DNA from: Bacteroidales bacterium
GTDB lineage: Bacteria; Bacteroidota; Bacteroidia; Bacteroidales; SZUA-534
NCBI GenBank assembly: GCA_046704385.1
Contig: JBJKSB010000088.1
Location: 6,931-70,930 of the forward strand
DNA length: 64,000 bases
Direction of reading: 5' to 3'
Below are positions 9,303 through 20,105 of the stretch, piece by piece. The notes under the pieces were generated by a model. It was not told where the DNA came from and searched no databases. It saw only the letters and a list, made by a program, of their open reading frames with translations. The number at the start of each line of letters is the position of its first letter. The first letter of the stretch is position 1. A program made the translations under genes and the position numbers.

Positions 9303-10680
9303 TTTTGCTATATTTCTCTTCTAAACCCTTTTTAATTTTAGGGACCAAACGGTCGATGTCGCCGGCACCCATTGTTATAACAATATCAATATCTGATTTT
9401 AATACATTATTTACAACCTGGTTATAGCTGCACAATTGTTTGTTTTTCAATTTCATTTTACTAAAAATAAGCCGGCTTTCAACTCCGGGGATTGGTTCTT
9501 CGCGGGCCGGATAGATATCTGTAAGTATCACCTGGTCGCATAAGTCAAGGCTTGCTGCAAAACCATCGGCAAAATCCCTGGTCCGGGTATATAAATGCGG
9601 TTGAAAAACTCCGGTAATTGGGCGGCCTGGATACATGTGTTTTACAGAGTTAATACATGCCTTTATTTCCTCTGGGTGATGAGCATAATCATCAATGTAA
9701 ACTATTTTATCGGTTTTAACCTGAAAATCGAAACGCCGTTTAACTCCTCGGTAATCCTTTAAATTTGTTTTAATGGTCTCTATATCTATTCCGGCCAGCC
9801 AGGCCAAAGCCATTGCCGCTACGGCATTTTCAATGTTATATAAACCGGGGATTCCCAGCATGATTTCAGGAAATTCGCCTTTGGGTGTATGCCAGTTAAA
9901 CCGGTAAAATCCGTCATTTACCGTAATATGGCTGGCATAAAAATCAGCCTGAGAATTTTCCAATGAATAGGTGTAATAGTTAATTTGTGTATTAATCTCA
10001 GGATTTATTTTCAGACTCAATTTATAAACTAATGACCCCTGAGGCTTTACCTGGCTTACAAATTTGTAGAATGTCTCCTTTAAAGCCGCATGGTTATCGT
10101 AAATATCAAGATGATCGGCATCCATTGATGACACAATAGCTAATTCAGGATACAAGGTTAAAAATGAGCGATCGAACTCATCGGCTTCAATAACCACATT
10201 TTTTGAATTTGCATTGATAATCACATTACTATTAAGATTTTTTGAAATACCCCCTAAAAATGCATTGCACTGTTCATGCATTATCCACGAAAGTGTTGTA
10301 CTTATTGAGGTTTTTCCGTGAGTTCCGGCAACGGCCATTCCATAATTCTCTTTTACCAGTAACCCCAACGCCTCCGACCTTTTAAACACTGTGAAATTAT
10401 GTTGACGGAAATATTCCAAACCCTTGTGGTTTTTTGGTATTGCCGGGGTATAAATTACCAGTGTTGTTGTGTTATCTTTAACTTCCGGGTCAACCGCTTC
10501 CACAGAATCTTCATAAGTTATTGAAATTCCTTCACTAATAAGCCTTTTGGTAATATCTGAAGGCGTTTTGTCGTAGCCATACACCGGAAAACCCGATGAC
10601 TTGAACCAACGGGCAAGGGCACTCATTCCGATACCTCCGATACCGACAAAATAAATTCTATGGAAATTCGTAATATTCAA
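9295..10680 (-). CDS. murC: UDP-N-acetylmuramate--L-alanine ligase
   Basis: GIGGIGMSALA, AGTHGKT, EADEFDRSFL, DDYAHHP, FQPHLYTRT. Confidence 0.98.
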   Translation of the reverse strand: MNITNFHRIYFVGIGGIGMSALARWFKSSGFPVYGYDKTPSDITKRLISEGISITYEDSVEAVDPEVKDNTTTLVIYTPAIPKNHKGLEYFRQHNFTVFKRSEALGLLVKENYGMAVAGTHGKTSISTTLSWIMHEQCNAFLGGISKNLNSNVIINANSKNVVIEADEFDRSFLTLYPELAIVSSMDADHLDIYDNHAALKETFYKFVSQVKPQGSLVYKLSLKINPEINTQINYYTYSLENSQADFYASHITVNDGFYRFNWHTPKGEFPEIMLGIPGLYNIENAVAAMALAWLAGIDIETIKTNLKDYRGVKRRFDFQVKTDKIVYIDDYAHHPEEIKACINSVKHMYPGRPITGVFQPHLYTRTRDFADGFAASLDLCDQVILTDIYPAREEPIPGVESRLIFSKMKLKNKQLCSYNQVVNNVLKSDIDIVITMGAGDIDRLVPKIKKGLEEKYSKND

Positions 10681-10697
10681 TTTATTAGTTCATTAAA

Positions 10698-11819
10698 TTA
10701 TTTGTCAAGCAATTTAAATACCTCATCAACAATATGTTCGTCAGCATCGGGTTTAGCCATTTTTTGCAGTTTAACCCGCATTTCAACCCATTTATTATCG
10801 TCTTTTAGCAGCTTAAATATTTCTTTTATCAATCGTTCCTTTGCCTGGTTATCGCTCACCATTATTGCCGCATTTTTATTTACCAAAGCCATGGCATTTT
10901 TGGTTTGATGGTCTTCGGCCACATTTGGGCTTGGCACCAAAATTACAGGTTTACCCACGATACAAAGTTCCGATATGGTTCCTGCTCCGGCCCGCGAAAT
11001 AATAACATCGGCTACCGAATAGGCCAAATCCATACGATTAATGAATTCCAAAACCTGAATGTGATGTTCCTTGAACTTTGCCAGCTCACTTTTTGCTTCC
11101 TCAAAGAAATATTTGCCTGTTTGCCAGATCACCTGGATATCCTTACGTATCAATTCGTCCAGGTTATAGGCAATACTCTGGTTAATAGTAAGTGCGCCAA
11201 GGCTTCCGCCAATTACCAACAAAGTCTTTTTGTCGGGATCAAGGTTAAAGAATTCCAGTGCCTCGGAGCTTTTGTTTTTAATCTTTTGCAAATCTTTTCG
11301 AACCGGATTGCCTGTATTTATAATTTTCGATTTCGGAAAATATTTTTCCATATTGTCATACGCCACACATATTTTTTTTGCCTTTGAGGCCAGTAATTTG
11401 TTGGTAATCCCGGCATATGAGTTCTGCTCCTGAATTAATGTCGGAACCTTTAAACGTTGGGCCATATGCAATAAAGGGCCACTGGCAAAACCGCCCACAC
11501 CAACCACCACATCAGGATTAAATACCTTAATGATGCTTTTACATTTTATAAGACTAATAATTAGCTTTGGAAAGAATGTGAAGTTTTTAAGAATCATTTT
11601 CCGCTGGAATCCGGAAATAGGTAAACCTACAATCTTATATCCGGCAGCAGGAACTTTTTCCATCTCCATCCTGTCGTGAGCACCCACAAAAAGAATTTCA
11701 GCACTTTGATCGCGGCGCTGTATTGCCCTGGCAATACTTAATGCCGGAAAAATATGGCCACCTGTGCCACCGCCACTAATAATTATCTTCAGGGATTTCG
11801 ATTTCTGATTCATTTTCAA
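10698..11819 (-). CDS. murG: Undecaprenyldiphospho-muramoylpentapeptide beta-N-acetylglucosaminyltransferase (ATG at 11813 is an alternative start)
   Basis: SGGGTGGHIFP, GNPVR, GGSLGA, SRAGAGTISE. Confidence 0.98.
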   Translation of the reverse strand: MKMNQKSKSLKIIISGGGTGGHIFPALSIARAIQRRDQSAEILFVGAHDRMEMEKVPAAGYKIVGLPISGFQRKMILKNFTFFPKLIISLIKCKSIIKVFNPDVVVGVGGFASGPLLHMAQRLKVPTLIQEQNSYAGITNKLLASKAKKICVAYDNMEKYFPKSKIINTGNPVRKDLQKIKNKSSEALEFFNLDPDKKTLLVIGGSLGALTINQSIAYNLDELIRKDIQVIWQTGKYFFEEAKSELAKFKEHHIQVLEFINRMDLAYSVADVIISRAGAGTISELCIVGKPVILVPSPNVAEDHQTKNAMALVNKNAAIMVSDNQAKERLIKEIFKLLKDDNKWVEMRVKLQKMAKPDADEHIVDEVFKLLDK

Positions 11820-12954
11820 TCTCTTCCGTTATAGGTTGAACTGTTCTACTCACACTTAAAATAATACCCAGTGCCACACTGGTAAAAATGATGGATGTAC
11901 CACCCATACTTACCATAGGGAGGGTTTGTCCCGTTACCGGGAAAATATTTACTGCCACACCCATATTTATCAGAGCCTGAAAAACAAGGCTGAAAGCAAG
12001 CCCAATGACCAAAAAAGCCGGGAAAGTTCGTTGACTCTTTCGGACAATTGATCCGACGCGATACAATAAAAACAAATACAACAGCAGTACCACCAATCCA
12101 CCAATTAATCCATATTCTTCAATAATTATAGAATAAATAAAATCGGAATACGGGTGAGGCAAAAAGTTGCGCTGTATACTGTTTCCGGGGCCTTTACCGA
12201 ACAAACCGCCGTTTACAATGGCAATTTTTGATTGATTCGACTGGTAATTTCCATCGCTGTCGTTGCTAGTAAAGCTTTCAATACGGGCTTTCCATGTGCC
12301 AACACGGCCTGTATTTGGCATATGCGTTGCTATTACCACAAACAAAACTACTGCAGCTACACCAACCCCAACAACACTCATAAGGTGCAATATCCTTATT
12401 CTGCCAATAAACATCAATACCAGGCAAATAGCAAAAAGCATTGCTGATGTTGAAAAGTTTGCAGGGAGAATTAGGCCACAAATAATCAACATCCACAACA
12501 AAACAGGTTTAAATGCAGCATTAGGGTTCTCTATCTGCTCCTGGTTGCTCGATAATATTCTGGCAACATACATAATCAAAGCAAATTTAGCCAGGTCGGA
12601 TGTTTGAAACGATAAGCCGGTACCAGGAAGTGTTATCCACCGGGCAGCTTCGTTCAGGCTTACACCTTTAATCAGAGTCCAGGCCAAAAGCGGCACACAA
12701 GCATAAACCAGCAGCATCGATAATGAATAAAATACTTTGTATGATACATTATGAATAATAAAGGTGATACCAATACCAAATGCCAGGAATGCCAAATGCC
12801 TGAACAAAAAGTACGAAGTATTGCCTCCCATTTTTTTGTAGGCCAGAGTCCCGGTGGCACTGTAAACTGTCAGCATCGAAAAAATAGCCAACAGAAATAT
12901 TATAAGCCAAATGGCCGTATCACCCTTAAAATATTTTACAAATTTTTCTTTCAT
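11776..12954 (-). CDS. ftsW: SEDS family peptidoglycan polymerase FtsW
   Basis: Multi-TM, ARW...FQTSDLAK, LPHPYSDFIYSII, TGQTLPMVSMGG; dcw position. Confidence 0.95.
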   Translation of the reverse strand: MKEKFVKYFKGDTAIWLIIFLLAIFSMLTVYSATGTLAYKKMGGNTSYFLFRHLAFLAFGIGITFIIHNVSYKVFYSLSMLLVYACVPLLAWTLIKGVSLNEAARWITLPGTGLSFQTSDLAKFALIMYVARILSSNQEQIENPNAAFKPVLLWMLIICGLILPANFSTSAMLFAICLVLMFIGRIRILHLMSVVGVGVAAVVLFVVIATHMPNTGRVGTWKARIESFTSNDSDGNYQSNQSKIAIVNGGLFGKGPGNSIQRNFLPHPYSDFIYSIIIEEYGLIGGLVVLLLYLFLLYRVGSIVRKSQRTFPAFLVIGLAFSLVFQALINMGVAVNIFPVTGQTLPMVSMGGTSIIFTSVALGIILSVSRTVQPITEEIENESEIEIPEDNY

Positions 12955-12964
12955 AATTTAATTA

Positions 12965-13525
12965 GCCACTGATTCACAGATTTAATTTTAAATGATAAAT
13001 TAACTCAAATACAATTTCTTACAGAATCAATCTTTTTGTTTTTAAAGAATTTTCACCAAAATTTACAAGCAATCCCAATTTACAGCCTGAGATTGTCAGA
13101 TAATTAATAACCTGCGCATAATGTTCTTCAACCATACTGCTTGATGCCTTAACTTCTAAAATGATTTTATCAAGTACAATAAAATCAGCATAAAAACAAT
13201 GTGGGAGTACTATTCCTTTATACTTAATATCAAATTTCTTTTCTCTCTCAAATGATATATTATTTAGTTTAAATTCATGTTCAATTGCATCCTTATATAC
13301 AACTTCCAATAATCCTTTTCCCAGGATTCTGTGAACATCCATGCAAATACCAATAATCTGGTAGCTTTCTTCCTGCCAAGGATAGTTCTTCTCAGAATAT
13401 TTCTTATTTAACAATGTCACAGTTACAATTTTTGCATTTCTTCAAATCCTCTCGTAGACTATATTTCACCAATCAGTTTTTTAGATTATTAAAAATTATT
13501 TTATAATAATCTGTGAATCTGTGGC
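12965..13525. mobile_element. Putative intervening/mobile element: GxxExxY gene bounded by 18-bp inverted repeats
   Basis: GCCACTGATTCACAGATT (12965-12982) and AATCTGTGAATCTGTGGC (13508-13525), 17/18 complementary, placed between the murD stop and the ftsW start. Confidence 0.7.
13019..13420 (-). CDS. GxxExxY protein (PD-(D/E)XK nuclease superfamily)
   Basis: GLLEVVY = GxxExxY; ADFIV...ILEVK nuclease motif; AQVINYL...GLLVNFG. Confidence 0.93.
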   Translation of the reverse strand: MTLLNKKYSEKNYPWQEESYQIIGICMDVHRILGKGLLEVVYKDAIEHEFKLNNISFEREKKFDIKYKGIVLPHCFYADFIVLDKIILEVKASSSMVEEHYAQVINYLTISGCKLGLLVNFGENSLKTKRLIL

Positions 13526-13531
13526 GACATA

Positions 13532-14878
13532 CTAAAGGTTGCGGACAGCCTGTTTAAATTTTCGGCCCCGGTCTTCATAGTTCTGGAATAAATCGAAACT
13601 GGCGCACGCCGGTGACAACAGCACTACATCCTCATTCGTAGCCAAATAATAAGCTGTTTGCACTGCCTCGTCCATCGATTTTGTATCAACTATGGTTTTA
13701 ATCTGCCCATCGAAAGCCTGATGGATTTTGGTATTATCAACCCCCAGGCATACAATCGCCTTTACTTTTTCTTTGACTAAAGGCAACAACTTTTCATAAT
13801 CATTCCCCTTGTCGATTCCTCCCACAATCCAGACTGTCGGCCTTTTCATACACTCAAGAGCGTACCATGTTGAATTAATGTTGGTAGCTTTTGAATCGTT
13901 AATAAACTCAATTTTATGAACCTTAATAACCGGCTCAAGCCGATGTTCCACTCCTTTAAAATCGGTAAGAACCTCGCGAATGGTTTCTTTCCTGATTTTC
14001 AGAACATTGGCGGCAACACCAGCCACCATCGAATTGTAGGTGTTGTGTTTGCCCTGAAGTGCTAATTCCTTTATATCCATAGTAAATTCGGAATTATTAT
14101 ATTTAATAACCATAGTATTTCCATCGAGATATGCCCCCTGCAATACTTTTTCATTCAATGTAAAAGGGAGAAGTTCAATGTCGGGATTCAATTCACGCAA
14201 ATGGCTCACAATAACCTCATCATCCTGGCAGAAAATAAGCTTCTGGTTTTGCGTCATGTTTTGAAGTATCCTGAATTTGGAAGCAACGTAATTTTCGAAT
14301 TTGTATTCGTAACGATCGAGATGATCGGGAGTAATATTCATTAAAACAGCAATGTCGGCCCTAAAATTAAACATGCCGTCGAGCTGAAAACTGCTTAATT
14401 CAAGCACATAGTATTCAAACTTTTCAGTAGCCACCTGCTTTGCAAAACTTTTTCCCACATTACCTGCTAACCCAACATTTAACCCGGCACGTTTCAAAAT
14501 TTCGTAAGTCAGTAAAGTGGTGGTTGTTTTGCCATTACTTCCCGTTATGGCAATCATAAAAGCCTGTGTATAACGGCAGGCAAATTCTATTTCGGAAATT
14601 ACCGGAATTGCCATTTCCTTAATTGCAACAATAATAGGTGCCTTTTCAGGTATTCCGGGACTTTTTATCACTTCGCCCGCACTCAGTATTTTTGTTTCAG
14701 TATGACCGTTTTCTTCCCATGGTATCTGGTGATCGTTAAGCTCTTTCTTATAATTATCAGCAATAGTACCATGATCGGATACAAAAACATTAAATCCCTT
14801 AGCCTTAGCTAAAACAGCTGATCCAACCCCGCTTTCGCCAGCTCCCAGAATTACTATATTTTTATTCTTACCAGTCAT
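13532..14878 (-). CDS. murD: UDP-N-acetylmuramoyl-L-alanine--D-glutamate ligase
   Basis: GAGESG, KSPGIP, ITGSNGKTTT, ELSSFQL, NDSKATN, LSPACASFD. Confidence 0.98.
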   Translation of the reverse strand: MTGKNKNIVILGAGESGVGSAVLAKAKGFNVFVSDHGTIADNYKKELNDHQIPWEENGHTETKILSAGEVIKSPGIPEKAPIIVAIKEMAIPVISEIEFACRYTQAFMIAITGSNGKTTTTLLTYEILKRAGLNVGLAGNVGKSFAKQVATEKFEYYVLELSSFQLDGMFNFRADIAVLMNITPDHLDRYEYKFENYVASKFRILQNMTQNQKLIFCQDDEVIVSHLRELNPDIELLPFTLNEKVLQGAYLDGNTMVIKYNNSEFTMDIKELALQGKHNTYNSMVAGVAANVLKIRKETIREVLTDFKGVEHRLEPVIKVHKIEFINDSKATNINSTWYALECMKRPTVWIVGGIDKGNDYEKLLPLVKEKVKAIVCLGVDNTKIHQAFDGQIKTIVDTKSMDEAVQTAYYLATNEDVVLLSPACASFDLFQNYEDRGRKFKQAVRNL

Positions 14879-14904
14879 TTAAAAACCATTTATTTAGTTG
14901 CTTT

Positions 14905-16155
14905 TTATCTCATCTTTAGTGTAACAACAGTCAATACAGCCAATACAATTCCTACAATCCAGAACCGGGTTACGATTTTAGCTTCAGGATAACCTTTCAT
15001 TTGATAATGATGATGGAGAGGGGCCATTCGAAAAATACGCCTGCCCGCGCCAAACCTCCGTTTTGTATATTTGAAATAGCCAACCTGGAGCATTACAGAA
15101 AGGTTTTCCATCAGGAATATCCCGCAAAGGATCGGAATTAAAAGTTCCTTTCGGATGATAATTGCCATTACTGCAATAATGCCGCCCAAAGTCAAACTTC
15201 CTGTATCGCCCATAAAAACCTGGGCCGGGAATGAATTATACCATAAAAAGCCGATAGTGGCACCAATAAAAGCCGAAGCAAATACTACCAATTCACCAAT
15301 ATTGGGAATGTACATTATGTTCAGGTAATTGGCAAAGAAAACGTTACCCGATACATAAGCTAGAATACCGAGCGTGGCCCCTATAATTGCGGACGATCCG
15401 GTGGCAAGCCCATCGAGACCATCGGTCATGTTTGCCCCGTTGCTTACCGCCGTAATGATAAAAATTACTACAATTACAAACACTACCCAAGCCCACTTTT
15501 TGGAAGCCTCTTCCCCTAAAAATTTAACCAGTCCGGCGTAATCAGCCTCATTATTTTTGAAAAAAGGGATGGTTGTTTTAGTTGTCTTAACATCAAGTAT
15601 TTCATAACCCCTGGCATTTGATGTCAATTGATCATCGGATATCTCAATCTGCTGTTCCGGGTTGTCAATTTTAATATTTTCGCGAATTACAACATCATCA
15701 CTTACGTATAAAGTGATACCCACAATTAAACCCAGACCAACCTGACCCATTATTTTAAACTTGCCAGCCAGTCCTTCTTTATCTTTTAAAAAAACCTTGA
15801 TATAATCATCTAAAAAGCCGATGGTTCCCAACCAAAGGGTGGTTATCAGCATAAGTATGATATAAATGTTATTCAATTTGGCAAAGAGTAAAACCGGTAA
15901 TATTATTGCACCAATTATGATTACCCCGCCCATGGTAGGAGTGCCTTTTTTCTGCATTTGCCCTTCGAGACCCAAATCGCGGACTATTTCGCCGATTTGC
16001 TTTAGCTGAAGCAGATTAATAACCCTTTTACCGTAAATCATTGAAAAAAGCAATGAAAAAATCACGGCAAGCCCTGAACGGAACGAAATGTATTCAAACA
16101 TCCCGGCTCCGGGAACATTCAATTGATTGAGGTAATGAAACAAATAATATAACAT
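14905..16155 (-). CDS. mraY: Phospho-N-acetylmuramoyl-pentapeptide transferase
   Basis: [37 protein letters not shown]. Confidence 0.98.
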   Translation of the reverse strand: MLYYLFHYLNQLNVPGAGMFEYISFRSGLAVIFSLLFSMIYGKRVINLLQLKQIGEIVRDLGLEGQMQKKGTPTMGGVIIIGAIILPVLLFAKLNNIYIILMLITTLWLGTIGFLDDYIKVFLKDKEGLAGKFKIMGQVGLGLIVGITLYVSDDVVIRENIKIDNPEQQIEISDDQLTSNARGYEILDVKTTKTTIPFFKNNEADYAGLVKFLGEEASKKWAWVVFVIVVIFIITAVSNGANMTDGLDGLATGSSAIIGATLGILAYVSGNVFFANYLNIMYIPNIGELVVFASAFIGATIGFLWYNSFPAQVFMGDTGSLTLGGIIAVMAIIIRKELLIPILCGIFLMENLSVMLQVGYFKYTKRRFGAGRRIFRMAPLHHHYQMKGYPEAKIVTRFWIVGIVLAVLTVVTLKMR

Positions 16156-16157
16156 AG

Positions 16158-17615
16158 CTATTCTGATTCAAAAATTTCATTAATTACTTCCCTGTCATCA
16201 AAGTGGTGTTTTACTCCGTCAATCTCCTGATAGGTTTCGTGACCTTTGCCGGCCACCAGAACAATATCACCAGGTTGAGCCAAAGCACAAGCTGTTTTTA
16301 TAGCCTCGCGCCGATTAGTAATAGACAACAATTTATTATTAAGCGGTGGTAAAACGCCGGCCTTCATATCATCAATAATATCTTCAGGTTTTTCGTTTCG
16401 CGGATTGTCTGAAGTAAGAATGACCTGGTTGCTCATATTTGCAGCCACAGCAGCCATAAGCGGCCGTTTGGTTTTGTCACGATTGCCTCCGGCACCAACA
16501 ACCGAAATTATTTTGCCATTATTTTCAATAATTTCATTAATGGTGGTTAAAACATTCTGTAAAGCGTCAGGAGTATGTGCATAGTCAACAATAGCAAGCT
16601 TTCCCGACTTTGATTTCAGATATTGGAACCTTCCGTCAACCGATTCCAGCGAACTTAAAACGGTAATAATTTCGTCGCGTTTTTGGTTCAACAACAAGGA
16701 TACTGCATATACCGAAAGCAGGTTATAAGCATTAAAACCGCCGATGAACCGTGTCCAAATTTCAGTATTATCAAAAGCCACCAGCATCCCGTCGATATGT
16801 GATTCCAATACCCTGCCTTTAAAGTTCGCCACGCTTTTCAAGGCCATGGTATTTTTTGAGGCTTTGGTATTTTGAATCATTACCTGACCATTTTTGTCAT
16901 CGACATTTACCAGGGCAAAGGCATCATTTTCCAGATTATCGAAAAACAATTTTTTTGCTTTAATATAATCGGCAAAAGTTTTGTGATAATCGAGGTGATC
17001 CTGAGTAATATTAGTAAACACTGCCCCTGAAAATTTCAATCCTGCTACCCTTTTTTGATGTAGTGCATGCGAGCTTACTTCCATAAAGCAATAATCGCAA
17101 CCCGCTTCAAGCATATCAGCTAATAACCGGTTTAACTGAACGGGGTCGGGAGTAGTATGAGTTGATTCCACTTCCCTGGTATGCACGTAATTCCTGATGG
17201 TAGATAACAGCCCGGCTTTATATCCCAACTTCAGGAACATCTGGTACAATAAAGTAACGGTTGTGGTTTTACCATTGGTTCCTGTTACCCCTACCAACTT
17301 TAACTTATCAGATGGATTGTGATAGAAATTTGAAGCCAGCTGACCCAAAGCCTGAGCAGAATCAGCCACCTGAACATAAGTAATATCATCAGACATTTTA
17401 TCAGGCATTACTTCACAAACAACAACTGATGCCTCAGCTGCAATGGCTTTCTCAATAAAAACATGCCCGTCGGCCTGGTAACCTTTAACAGCCACAAACA
17501 AAGTATCTGACAGTACTTTACGTGAATCGAACTCAATAGCACGAACCTGTATTTGTGGATCGCCAACGATCTTAACGACTTCAATTTTATTTAATATGTC
17601 AGGCAGGTTTCTCAT
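16158..17615 (-). CDS. murE: UDP-MurNAc-L-Ala-D-Glu--2,6-diaminopimelate ligase
   Basis: [34 protein letters not shown] (DAP-specific motif), AGKGHE. Confidence 0.98.
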   Translation of the reverse strand: MRNLPDILNKIEVVKIVGDPQIQVRAIEFDSRKVLSDTLFVAVKGYQADGHVFIEKAIAAEASVVVCEVMPDKMSDDITYVQVADSAQALGQLASNFYHNPSDKLKLVGVTGTNGKTTTVTLLYQMFLKLGYKAGLLSTIRNYVHTREVESTHTTPDPVQLNRLLADMLEAGCDYCFMEVSSHALHQKRVAGLKFSGAVFTNITQDHLDYHKTFADYIKAKKLFFDNLENDAFALVNVDDKNGQVMIQNTKASKNTMALKSVANFKGRVLESHIDGMLVAFDNTEIWTRFIGGFNAYNLLSVYAVSLLLNQKRDEIITVLSSLESVDGRFQYLKSKSGKLAIVDYAHTPDALQNVLTTINEIIENNGKIISVVGAGGNRDKTKRPLMAAVAANMSNQVILTSDNPRNEKPEDIIDDMKAGVLPPLNNKLLSITNRREAIKTACALAQPGDIVLVAGKGHETYQEIDGVKHHFDDREVINEIFESE

Positions 17616-19729
17616 TAAATCATCTTTAATATTATTCTATCGCCCTGGTGGTAACTTGTTCCGGGATCTAATGACTGAAATCCGACAGACCCCCTTCCCT
17701 CAATTACAACATCGAGTCCCAAATTCTCAAGTACAAAAACGGCATCCTTTGCTCCCATGCCCGTTACGTCGGGCACTAACCTGTCCTTGATATACCGGTT
17801 CCGTAACCGTATTGACGAATCTTGTTTTTCTGTTGCCACCCAATCCGAATTTATTCCTAAATCCTGATAAGGTATATTAAGGTCATCGAGCACCGTTTCT
17901 AAATCCTTTCTGTAACCCTTTCGGGAATAAGGAATGCTATGGGGTTCATCATCGGCATAAACTTCATCTCCATGCAAATCGAGTTGTGTGGAATAAACCT
18001 TATCGGCAATCTCCTTAAACACCTGCCCGGCAACCAGGTTACCGTAATACACTCCCGACGACGGAGCATTTACAACAACAATACAACTGTATTTTGGGTT
18101 ATCGGCCGGGAAATACCCCACAAATGATGCCTGATAACTTATTTTGCTTTGGTATTTATATCCGTATTTTTCATTTGCCAACTGAGCTGTACCAGTTTTT
18201 CCGGCAATTTTATAATTGGAATTTTTTAGGTTTTGAGCAGTCCCGTTTTGAACTACACCTTCGAGCATTTTTTTTGCTTTGGCAATGGTTGCCTTTGAAC
18301 AAATTGAAGGGTTGATCACTTTGGGACTAAATCTTTTAATAATTTCACCATGATCAGAAATTGCTTTTACAAACCTGGGCTTAAGCATTTGCCCGTTATT
18401 GGCCACTGCATTATAAAAAGTCAGAATCTGCATTGGGGTTTGAGCCACTTCATAACCATACGACATCTGGGGTAAGGAAACTCCCGACCACAGGGTATCA
18501 TCAGGAAATTTAATATATGGAGGCCTTTCGCCTTTAATTTCAAGATTTAGTTTCTCCATTAAACCCATTCTTTTAAGGCCTTTCACAAACCGTTCTTCGT
18601 TTCCGGTATAATACCTGGTAATTAGTTTTGAAACCCCCACATTCGATGAAAACTCGAATACCTGTTTAACAGTAATTTTCCCATAACCACCTCTCTTGCT
18701 GTCACGAACCACCTGATCGTGGTATTTGACTTCACCATTGCCCGTATCCACACTATCACCCAAGTCGATAAAGCCATCTTCGAGTGCTACCATCAGGGAT
18801 GCTAATTTGAAAGTAGAACCCGGTTCGGTGCGTTCTCCAATAGCATAATTATATTGCTCGCTGTATTGACCGTACGAGTCAACTTTTAAATTTACAATAG
18901 CTTTGATATCACCGGTTTTAACCTCCATCAGAATTGCGGTTCCGTGGTTGGCGCTATGCTTTTTTAGTTGAGCCAGCAGAGCCTGATAGGCAACATCCTG
19001 AAAATTAATATCGAGGGTGGTAATTACATCGTATCCATTGCGGGGCTCCACTTCGGTACCATCATTTACCGGCATCCAATAATTACCGGCAATTCGTTGT
19101 TTCATTTGTACCCCTTTTTCGCCTTCCAGTTCTTTATGGTAAGCTCCTTCAATTCCCACCTGGGTGCCTCCTTTTCCTTCATATCCGATAGTCCGGCTGG
19201 CAAGGTTTACAAATGGCTGTATCCTGGTATTCTCCTGAGTAACAATAAAACCGCCTTTATATTGTCCTAAGCGAAAAATCGGAAAGGTTTTAAGTTGTTT
19301 TAGCTGTAGGTAATCAACACTTCTTTTAATCAGATGATACCGGTCGCCATTATAGCGTGCACTCACCAGATTTCTTTTATATTCAGGAGCTGATTTATCC
19401 CTGAAAAGCCGCGAAAGCCTTATGGAAAGCGAATCAATATTTTTGTTGAAAACATCATCTGTCAGGCCGGGACATTTCAAATCCATCCGAACTTCATAGA
19501 AAGGTACCGAAGTTGCCAAAATCCTGCCATCGGAAGCACAAATATCGCCCCTGTCGGGTTCTATAATGATATCTTTCTGGCTTATTGTGTTGGCATTAAT
19601 CCATTTATCATGTTCAATAACCTGAAGAAATAGCACTTTGCCGATAACAACCAGCGCAAATGCAACTACCGAAATATAAACGATAGTCAACTTAGCAACA
19701 ATTTCCTTCCTGATGTTGTTATCACTCAT
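17615..19729 (-). CDS. ftsI: Penicillin-binding protein 3 / FtsI with C-terminal PASTA domain
   Basis: EPGSTFK (SxxK), SSN (SxN), KTGT; VPDVTGM PASTA domain. Confidence 0.95.
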   Translation of the reverse strand: MSDNNIRKEIVAKLTIVYISVVAFALVVIGKVLFLQVIEHDKWINANTISQKDIIIEPDRGDICASDGRILATSVPFYEVRMDLKCPGLTDDVFNKNIDSLSIRLSRLFRDKSAPEYKRNLVSARYNGDRYHLIKRSVDYLQLKQLKTFPIFRLGQYKGGFIVTQENTRIQPFVNLASRTIGYEGKGGTQVGIEGAYHKELEGEKGVQMKQRIAGNYWMPVNDGTEVEPRNGYDVITTLDINFQDVAYQALLAQLKKHSANHGTAILMEVKTGDIKAIVNLKVDSYGQYSEQYNYAIGERTEPGSTFKLASLMVALEDGFIDLGDSVDTGNGEVKYHDQVVRDSKRGGYGKITVKQVFEFSSNVGVSKLITRYYTGNEERFVKGLKRMGLMEKLNLEIKGERPPYIKFPDDTLWSGVSLPQMSYGYEVAQTPMQILTFYNAVANNGQMLKPRFVKAISDHGEIIKRFSPKVINPSICSKATIAKAKKMLEGVVQNGTAQNLKNSNYKIAGKTGTAQLANEKYGYKYQSKISYQASFVGYFPADNPKYSCIVVVNAPSSGVYYGNLVAGQVFKEIADKVYSTQLDLHGDEVYADDEPHSIPYSRKGYRKDLETVLDDLNIPYQDLGINSDWVATEKQDSSIRLRNRYIKDRLVPDVTGMGAKDAVFVLENLGLDVVIEGRGSVGFQSLDPGTSYHQGDRIILKMI

Positions 19730-20093
19730 TGTCTTTAACTACTAATTTGCGTGGAGGCTCAACTGCTTCCTTTAATTCCAACCCATTTTGGGCCACCCTT
19801 TTTGCGACCTCGCTTTGTTTACTGATAAACATAAGCTTCGAGGCTGTTGTAATTGATTCAGCCCTTAGCCCTTTCAATTCATTTTGAATGTTATTGGTTT
19901 CGCGAACAATGCGCTCTGCATGGTAACGATTCCCGATATACAACACGGCGATAATCGTTAAAAACAGCAAATACGGAAGTTGATTTATTACCCAGTCACG
20001 AGTCAGAATACTTCCGTCCATAACGTTGCGGAGGGGTATTTTAACCTCTGATTTATTGGTGATGGTTTTCCATTTTTTGCTGAAAAGGTTCAT
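19722..20093 (-). CDS. ftsL: FtsL-like cell division protein
   Basis: Single TM plus coiled coil; position between rsmH and ftsI. Confidence 0.85.
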   Translation of the reverse strand: MNLFSKKWKTITNKSEVKIPLRNVMDGSILTRDWVINQLPYLLFLTIIAVLYIGNRYHAERIVRETNNIQNELKGLRAESITTASKLMFISKQSEVAKRVAQNGLELKEAVEPPRKLVVKDNE

Positions 20094-20105
20094 ATTTTCA
20101 AATTT

